From NCBI GenBank assembly GCA_964492025.1, contig CAZBHR010000004.1, forward strand, positions 32,713-96,712: DNA of 64,000 nucleotides, given 5' to 3'. This document shows, in pieces, positions 58,385-64,000 of the stretch. The position numbers were made by a program, and so were the translations under genes. The first letter of the stretch is position 1. Each line of letters begins with the position of its first letter. The notes below the pieces were generated by a model, which was not told the origin of the DNA, did no database searches, and saw only the letters and a program-made list of their open reading frames with translations. Source of the stretch: an uncultured Spirochaetia bacterium. GTDB lineage: Bacteria; Spirochaetota; Spirochaetia; CAZBHR01.

Positions 58385-59799
58385 ACTGGAAAGAGATAAA
58401 CCTTCTCCTTGAGGAGCTTCCTCTGAGGGGTGGACAGATTCAGAAGGTGATCCAACCTACCTACAGAACCCTTCTTTTCCGTATTCACACCCCAAGGCAG
58501 GGTACTACAAACCTCTATTTTGATTTCACCCAAGGGAGTACCCGTTTTCACGCTCTCTCAAGTCTTCCAGAAAAGGAAGTTGGTACCCAACGGTTTGTGC
58601 AGTTTGCGAAACGACACCTTGTAAACCGTAGGATTATGGAGGTATCCCAAGTTGGGCAGGAACGAATTATTAAGATGGTACTCTCCCCTCCAGATAACCC
58701 TACCCACCTCTACATAAGGCTCTGGAGTAATAGAGGAAACCTCTATGTGACAGAGCCGGATGGTACTATTATTGACCAGCTCTTTCGGCTCGAAAAATCC
58801 TCGGCAACCAAAAAGGGAGAGTGGGAGTTCTTTCGCCCTGAGGAGCTTGTTCCAGAAACCTATGAAGAGGATAACAGAACCATTAGACATTGGGAGGGAG
58901 AAAGTTTTAGTCTCTTCCTTGAGAAATGGTACGGTGATTCCCAGTTAGAGTACACCTTTACTCGACTTCAAAAACAGCTTCTTGAGCAGTTAGAGAGGGA
59001 GTACCGACGGGTACAGCGGGGATTACAAAGTTTAGAGCTTCCAGAAGAGACCGCTCAGGAGGATAAGCTGTTTGGTGATATTATCCTTTCAAACCTCTAT
59101 CAAATACAGAGGGGCATGGAGTCAATCACCCTAGAGGAGTATCTATCCAATCCGGAGCAACCTACGGAGAGAACTATACCCCTACGAAAAGAGCTATCTC
59201 CCAAGGAGAATGCCGAGTGGTACTACAAAAAGCAAAGAACAAAAAACCGTAGAGTTGAACACTACCAAGCTCAAAAGCAGGAATTAACTACCGAAGCTGA
59301 GGCTCTTGAAGAGCAGATTGAACAGTGCAAAAACCTACCAGTGGAGGAGTCATCCCTCAAGTACCTCAAAGGGGTAATAACCCCACAGCAGCAGGTACAG
59401 AAGATTGACTCAAAGCAACCGGGAATCCGTTTTACCTCTAAGGAGTATACCATTATTGTGGGTAGAAAATCAGAAGAGAACGAAGAGCTTCTCCGATCAT
59501 ACCTACGGGGTAACGACTACTGGCTCCACACACGGGATACTCCTGGTGCTTATGTATTTATTAAACGAATTGGAAAAAAATCAATTCCCCTAGAGGTGCT
59601 TCTTGATGCGGGTAACCTTGCAGTGCACTACTCTAAGTCAAAGTCCAACGGAAAAGCAGATCTCTACTACACCCAAGTAAAATATCTGAGAAAGGTTAAG
59701 GGTGGGAAAAAGGGTTTAGTCCTTCCCACCCAGGAGAAAAACTTGTATATTGTAGTTGAGAGTGAGCGAATAGAGCGACTCCTAAGGACAAAAAGTTAA
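58375..59799 (+). CDS. NFACT-family protein (RqcH/FbpA-like ribosome quality control homolog)
   Basis: The N-terminal NFACT-N-like region is LLEELPLRGGQIQKVIQPTYRTLLFRIH. The C-terminal NFACT-R/DUF814 region is YTIIVGRKSEENEELLR...WLHTRDTPGAYVFI. Confidence 0.65.
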   Translation: MSLNWKEINLLLEELPLRGGQIQKVIQPTYRTLLFRIHTPRQGTTNLYFDFTQGSTRFHALSSLPEKEVGTQRFVQFAKRHLVNRRIMEVSQVGQERIIKMVLSPPDNPTHLYIRLWSNRGNLYVTEPDGTIIDQLFRLEKSSATKKGEWEFFRPEELVPETYEEDNRTIRHWEGESFSLFLEKWYGDSQLEYTFTRLQKQLLEQLEREYRRVQRGLQSLELPEETAQEDKLFGDIILSNLYQIQRGMESITLEEYLSNPEQPTERTIPLRKELSPKENAEWYYKKQRTKNRRVEHYQAQKQELTTEAEALEEQIEQCKNLPVEESSLKYLKGVITPQQQVQKIDSKQPGIRFTSKEYTIIVGRKSEENEELLRSYLRGNDYWLHTRDTPGAYVFIKRIGKKSIPLEVLLDAGNLAVHYSKSKSNGKADLYYTQVKYLRKVKGGKKGLVLPTQEKNLYIVVESERIERLLRTKS

Positions 59800-59800
59800 G

Positions 59801-61237
59801 ATGTTACGATTTGAAGAGATACAAGGTGTACCAAGTTTACTTATTCCCATTGCCAAGGCAAAGGGAGAACTTTCTCGAAAACTTCTTCAAGGAGAGAAAG
59901 AGTATGGTTCTATTGTACGAGGAGAAGATACCTCATACGAAGACTGGAATTGGGGTGGAGTCATAGAGTTTGAAGAGAATTACTATGGGTACGGTCCAGT
60001 TTTTTCTGGAACCCCTTTAATTGAGGCACTTGATCAGGTGCGATCTTGGCAGGATAGTGCTCAGATTATCGACTTTTTTATCCAGCTAGCCCTCTCCTTT
60101 CAAGTACTCTTCAAAAAAGGGAAACTCACAGATTTCGTGGAAGTTGACATGATCCTTATTGATATGGATACATGGGATATACTTCTTCTCCCTAGGGATT
60201 TACGGAATCAAGTATATACCATGAAATCTAATGAAGCTCGTGATAAAACTCTTGTACACTGGTCATCGCCCAATGGTACTGATGAGGAGCGTCTTATTAT
60301 TGAGGAAGCAGCTTTTTTAAGTTATGTCTTAACAGGAGTGATTCCATTCGCCTCAGAGATTGTCCGAGAGGATAACTGTACCCCTGTTCACCTTAACCTC
60401 TATAATGAGAAAATTACTCTGGCGGTGTCAGAAACAGTTATGACCATACTCAAGGGAAAGAGTGAGTATCTATTTCATAATAAGTGGATTACTCTTCTGG
60501 AAAGCTGGAGAACTACGCTTTTCTCAGAGAACCAAACACTACCCATAAAAAAACTGAAACACTGGGAAGAGTCCCAAGTGAAACGGGTACAGAGGCACCG
60601 ATTTTTTCGTCACCATGGGCTCAAGGTAGGACTTATCATAGGAGGAGTTACCCTTCTTGTAGCCCTACTCTGGGGTCCTGTAAAGCAAGCACTAGAACCA
60701 CCAATTACCGCAAACTTTTCGCCTGAACAGGTTGTAGAAACACTGTACAGTAGTGTGAGTTCCTTAGACACTATGGCAATGAGTGACCTTTTTGCAAAGG
60801 GTTTTAAATCGGGCTACGAAAATGAGTCCATATTTCTCTATGTTTCAAGTAAGCAGACCGAGGCGTATGAGCAAAATCCCTCTATTATTGATGTAAACAG
60901 ATGGATTGAGGCTGGGCAGCCACAACTCCCAGATGTTACAAGAGTATTTGGAATGACCGACGTTACCACAGAAATTATCCACGAAACATCAGAAGAGGTT
61001 GTTGTTGAATCAACCTATATTCGTTGGGAACTAGATCAGGTTGATGTAAAAGAAGAGACCTCTATAACAGAGATACGACGACCAAGTTCTATAGCTTTTT
61101 ACCAGGAGGAGCTTGTAACTCTAGTACCCTATGAAAAGCATAATACCTGGGTTATTAAGGATCATACAATTACTAAGAGAGAGCCCTTGAACCTACGATA
61201 CCCAGAGGATTTTGTGAGAGATTCTATTGAGGAATAG
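59801..61237 (+). CDS. Hypothetical protein with a central transmembrane helix
   Basis: A 478-aa ORF starting 2 nt after the RqcH-like stop. One clear TM segment is present (VGLIIGGVTLLVALLWGP). No recognisable catalytic motifs were seen. Confidence 0.5.
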   Translation: MLRFEEIQGVPSLLIPIAKAKGELSRKLLQGEKEYGSIVRGEDTSYEDWNWGGVIEFEENYYGYGPVFSGTPLIEALDQVRSWQDSAQIIDFFIQLALSFQVLFKKGKLTDFVEVDMILIDMDTWDILLLPRDLRNQVYTMKSNEARDKTLVHWSSPNGTDEERLIIEEAAFLSYVLTGVIPFASEIVREDNCTPVHLNLYNEKITLAVSETVMTILKGKSEYLFHNKWITLLESWRTTLFSENQTLPIKKLKHWEESQVKRVQRHRFFRHHGLKVGLIIGGVTLLVALLWGPVKQALEPPITANFSPEQVVETLYSSVSSLDTMAMSDLFAKGFKSGYENESIFLYVSSKQTEAYEQNPSIIDVNRWIEAGQPQLPDVTRVFGMTDVTTEIIHETSEEVVVESTYIRWELDQVDVKEETSITEIRRPSSIAFYQEELVTLVPYEKHNTWVIKDHTITKREPLNLRYPEDFVRDSIEE

Positions 61238-62198
61238 GAAAACTCTGTAAGTAGGATTCTACCATAGGGGTCACCGAATCTATTTCCGATGAATCCACAA
61301 ACTGAACCGATGGTATCTTTCTAAAAAAGGTCATCTGTCTCTTTGCGTACCGCCTTGAGTTGATAATAATAGCTTCTCGTATTTCCGAAAGAGTGTTATA
61401 CCCTTTTGTAAACTCTTGATACCCAATACCACGCATGGGCTGACAGTCTGGAGGGTACTTTTCTAGAAGTTCCCTAACCTCCTCTTCTAAGCCCTCTTCA
61501 AACATCTGATCTACTCTTTGAACAATACGTTGGTGAAGCTCCTCTTTAGGACGAGTTAAACAGATAGCCAGAGGATTGAGTCCCTGGCGCAACGTTTGAG
61601 GAACTTTGTAAGAAGAGAGAGCCCGTCCAGTATCAGTATACACCTCAAGGGCCCGAAGGATTCTATATTGGTCGGTAACAGGCAGTCGCTTAGCTGTTAC
61701 AGGATCTACCTCCTCTAACCACTGGTGCATAGAGGCAATGCCTCGCTGATTACAGAGCTCCTGCATAGCAAGTCGTGTCTCCTGATTCACATTGGGAGTT
61801 TCCGGTAGGCCACAGAGAAAATTTTTTATGTAAAATCCAGTTCCTCCAGAAATAAGAGGCACCCTATTTCGACTATACACCTCGGGAATCAGTTGATCTA
61901 CCGCAGAGACAAACTGAGCAACATTAAGATCCTCCATTGGGTCAAGCCAATCAACCAAGTGGTGTGGAATATTGCGTTGCATCTCCCCGGTTGGCTTTGC
62001 TGAACCAATAGAGAAATGACGGAACATTTGAATTGCGTCGGCGTTAATGATTTCAAATCCCTCAGAAAACAGGGACTCTACAAGGGCGGTCTTTCCTACG
62101 GCGGTGGGACCAAAGAGTAGTACCACCGGACCCGTGGGATTGGGATATTTATTTTTCTTCGATTTTGTACTCAAATTTCTTATGTAGCATCTGGTCAA
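61224..62198 (-). CDS. miaA: tRNA dimethylallyltransferase
   Basis: The P-loop VVLLFGPTAVGKTALVESL and MiaA motifs (GGTGFY, DQYRILRALE) are present. The true start is probably an alternative codon downstream of the listed ATG. Confidence 0.9.
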   Translation of the reverse strand: MTRCYIRNLSTKSKKNKYPNPTGPVVLLFGPTAVGKTALVESLFSEGFEIINADAIQMFRHFSIGSAKPTGEMQRNIPHHLVDWLDPMEDLNVAQFVSAVDQLIPEVYSRNRVPLISGGTGFYIKNFLCGLPETPNVNQETRLAMQELCNQRGIASMHQWLEEVDPVTAKRLPVTDQYRILRALEVYTDTGRALSSYKVPQTLRQGLNPLAICLTRPKEELHQRIVQRVDQMFEEGLEEEVRELLEKYPPDCQPMRGIGYQEFTKGYNTLSEIREAIIINSRRYAKRQMTFFRKIPSVQFVDSSEIDSVTPMVESYLQSFPIPQ

Positions 62199-62343
62199 TC
62201 GCAGCAGAAACGATCTTACCCTTATGTTTATCTACATCCTCATCTCCAGTTACAGCTAGTTGAGAAGCTCGATGAATAGTTGCACTGGTAAGCTCATAAA
62301 TACTTGACTCTTCCTCTACTAATTTTCCTAATGGTATTGCCAT
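62149..62343 (-). CDS. rpoZ: Probable DNA-directed RNA polymerase omega subunit
   Basis: The 64-aa size and the motif SIYELTSATIHRASQLAVTG...KIVSAAIDQM parallel the omega pattern (YxLVxxAARRARQ...ALxEI). Confidence 0.45.
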   Translation of the reverse strand: MAIPLGKLVEEESSIYELTSATIHRASQLAVTGDEDVDKHKGKIVSAAIDQMLHKKFEYKIEEK

Positions 62344-62485
62344 AACTAACCCTCCAAAAAAATTGCCCCTAAAGAGCTGGTGATGAGGATACCAAAAAGA
62401 AACTGTTTTGTCTATATCCCTGACCGGTTAAAACCTTGACAATATGCCAAGAATCGTACAATATTGAGCAGATAAGGAGAACTAC

Positions 62486-64000
62486 ATGGTCAATCCACAA
62501 AAACGTGCCAACGGAATCCTCCAACAACTTAGTTTAAAAGAAAAAATCTCATTAATGAGTGGAAATAAAACAGCCTTTGTACTATTCTTAGAAAATTACG
62601 TACAGGGCAAAATTACTACAAAAGTTGAAACAGGAAAAACTGAACAACTTCCATCACTAACCATCGGATATGGACACCGTGGAGTGGCTGCAGCTGGATG
62701 CACAGGCATTCCAAATACTCTGGCAAGAGGTGCTTCTTGGGATGTAGAAATGGAGGGTAAATTGGGAGAGCTTTTGGGAAAAGAAGCTCGGGCACAAGGA
62801 ATCAATACCCTCATAGGAGTTTCTGCTAATCTATTAGAATGCCCCTACGAAAGCAGTAGCCAAGATACTTACGGAGAAGATGGATTCCTCGTGGGAGAGA
62901 TGGGAGCAGCCCTTACCCAAGGCGTTCAAAAGCACAATGTAATAGCAGTAGGTGGATCCTTTGTGCAGATCCAACAAGATCCTAGAAAGGGTGCTGAAAT
63001 CCTCTATGATGAAAAAATCTTACAAGAGGTGTACCTCCCCCAATGTAAAAAATTGGTGGATGCAAAAATAGGTGCCCTTATGATTTCACCTCATATGGTG
63101 AGAAAACAACTAGACCAAAAACTCATTAAGAAGGTACTTCTTGGGGAGTTTGGTTTTTCAGGTATCACTCTTATTGAGGGATCAGATAAAATGACAGAAG
63201 AGTACTTAGATCAGGGTATCGCCTTTGAATTCCCTAAGGCAAAGGCCTTTGGAAAAACTCTTCTCAGAGCTGTTCGGTCTGGAAAAATATCAGAAGAGAC
63301 TTTGGATGAGACTGTTCTCCGTATTATTAAAACTATTCTTAAGTACATTGATAAGGAAGATCGATTCTCCTACGATCAAGAGATGGTTGGATCGGAGGAT
63401 CATAAGCAACTCAACCTTGAGGCTGCGGAAAAATCTCTCGTTTTAGTGAAAAATGATGGGGTTCTTCCTATTGATACAAAACAGATTACCAATATTACTA
63501 TTATTGGAACACCCGCAACAGAACAGGAACCTAAGGATAGCTATTTTATTCCAGGACCATCTCCCCTTGAGGCAATTACAAGTAGTATAGCATCACATAT
63601 CAAAGTGCAGCACATAAAGAAGCTCTCTAGCAGAGCTGTACGGGCTGCAGAAAAATCTGATGCTGCTATTATATTTGTTTCGGGAGATGCTAATAAAGAC
63701 TCCCATAGTGAGGGGCATTACATACGAAGAATATCTCAGCTACAACCATATTTGGCGGTAGTTTGTCTAGGAACACTACCAAACTCTTTTGAGCAGTGGC
63801 ACCATAAGGTTCCATCAATTCTCTGGAGCGGTTCAAAGGGAACCCAAGTGGGACTTGCCATAGCAAGAGCTCTACTGGGTAGCTACTCTCCTGGTGGAAA
63901 ACTCCCCTTCTGTATTATGTCTCATGAAGTGGCAAACCAGAAAAAGATAAAAACTCACCTTGCAGAGAGCCTGCCATCATTAAGAGGTTATACACTACTT
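62486..64000 (+). CDS. Glycoside hydrolase family 3 protein (beta-glucosidase/beta-hexosaminidase-like), truncated at the 3' end by the window edge
   Basis: The open frame runs from the ATG at 62486 to the window end. It is absent from the ORF track because it is incomplete. AAGGAGA lies 6 nt upstream. GH3 signatures are present: LKEKISLMSG, EVYLPQCKKLVDAKIGALMIS, and GEFGFSGITLIEGSD. Confidence 0.75.
   Translation, partial: MVNPQKRANGILQQLSLKEKISLMSGNKTAFVLFLENYVQGKITTKVETGKTEQLPSLTIGYGHRGVAAAGCTGIPNTLARGASWDVEMEGKLGELLGKEARAQGINTLIGVSANLLECPYESSSQDTYGEDGFLVGEMGAALTQGVQKHNVIAVGGSFVQIQQDPRKGAEILYDEKILQEVYLPQCKKLVDAKIGALMISPHMVRKQLDQKLIKKVLLGEFGFSGITLIEGSDKMTEEYLDQGIAFEFPKAKAFGKTLLRAVRSGKISEETLDETVLRIIKTILKYIDKEDRFSYDQEMVGSEDHKQLNLEAAEKSLVLVKNDGVLPIDTKQITNITIIGTPATEQEPKDSYFIPGPSPLEAITSSIASHIKVQHIKKLSSRAVRAAEKSDAAIIFVSGDANKDSHSEGHYIRRISQLQPYLAVVCLGTLPNSFEQWHHKVPSILWSGSKGTQVGLAIARALLGSYSPGGKLPFCIMSHEVANQKKIKTHLAESLPSLRGYTLL

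Noticed and set aside
62596-62814. 72-aa minus-strand ORF
   Set aside because: It lies entirely inside the long open GH3 reading frame on the plus strand and has no signals of its own.
1-64000. CRISPR arrays, IS elements or prophage genes
   Set aside because: No regularly spaced direct repeats, transposase/integrase motifs (other than housekeeping Xer) or phage structural genes were seen. The only mobile-looking signal is the low-GC McrBC block.

Overview
The window is a chromosomal segment with Borrelia/Treponema-like (spirochete) gene order and roughly 45% GC. It is almost fully coding and mostly housekeeping. Genes in order: infC(partial)-rpmI-rplT, a ZapB-like coiled-coil protein, zapA, a TPR protein, nnr, aroB and an ArsC-family protein on the minus strand, an initiator tRNA-Met with a consensus sigma70 promoter and a clean intrinsic terminator, a lipoprotein, a GT2 glycosyltransferase, a DedA-family protein, and an FlhF-type SRP GTPase with a very long acidic linker. 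Then comes the spirochete-conserved block hslU-hslV-xerC-dprA/cinA-xerD and a compact minus-strand division/cell-wall cluster ftsZ-ftsA-ftsQ-ftsW-mraY-murF-ftsL-rsmH-mraZ. A GTGGG-N5 direct-repeat array consistent with a MraZ operator overlaps the mraZ promoter. Next are two GH57 glycoside hydrolases flanking a DUF4912-like gene, nadK, a DegT-like protein that has lost its PLP lysine, an HD-domain hydrolase, an OMP-like beta-barrel, mutL, a metallophosphoesterase, and a ParB/Srx-domain protein. A long minus-strand serine/glycine operon follows (serA-serC-lrp-gcvT-gcvH-gcvPA-gcvPB, then a PyrD-like flavoprotein and an acyltransferase), then xseA-xseB and rnd. The clearest accessory region is a low-GC island at about 51.2-56.8 kb. 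It carries a McrBC restriction system in which McrB has an N-terminal extension of about 450 aa containing a PUA/EVE-like module, plus a TSUP (TauE/SafE) permease and an MFS transporter. The window ends with folC, an NFACT/RqcH-like gene, a hypothetical membrane protein, miaA, an rpoZ-like small ORF and a 5' partial GH3 glycosidase. The main novelty candidates are the extended McrB, a candidate 6S-like structured RNA downstream of zapA, the MraZ operator, the pseudo-aminotransferase pair, and the displaced FlhF. No CRISPR array, IS element or prophage was seen.
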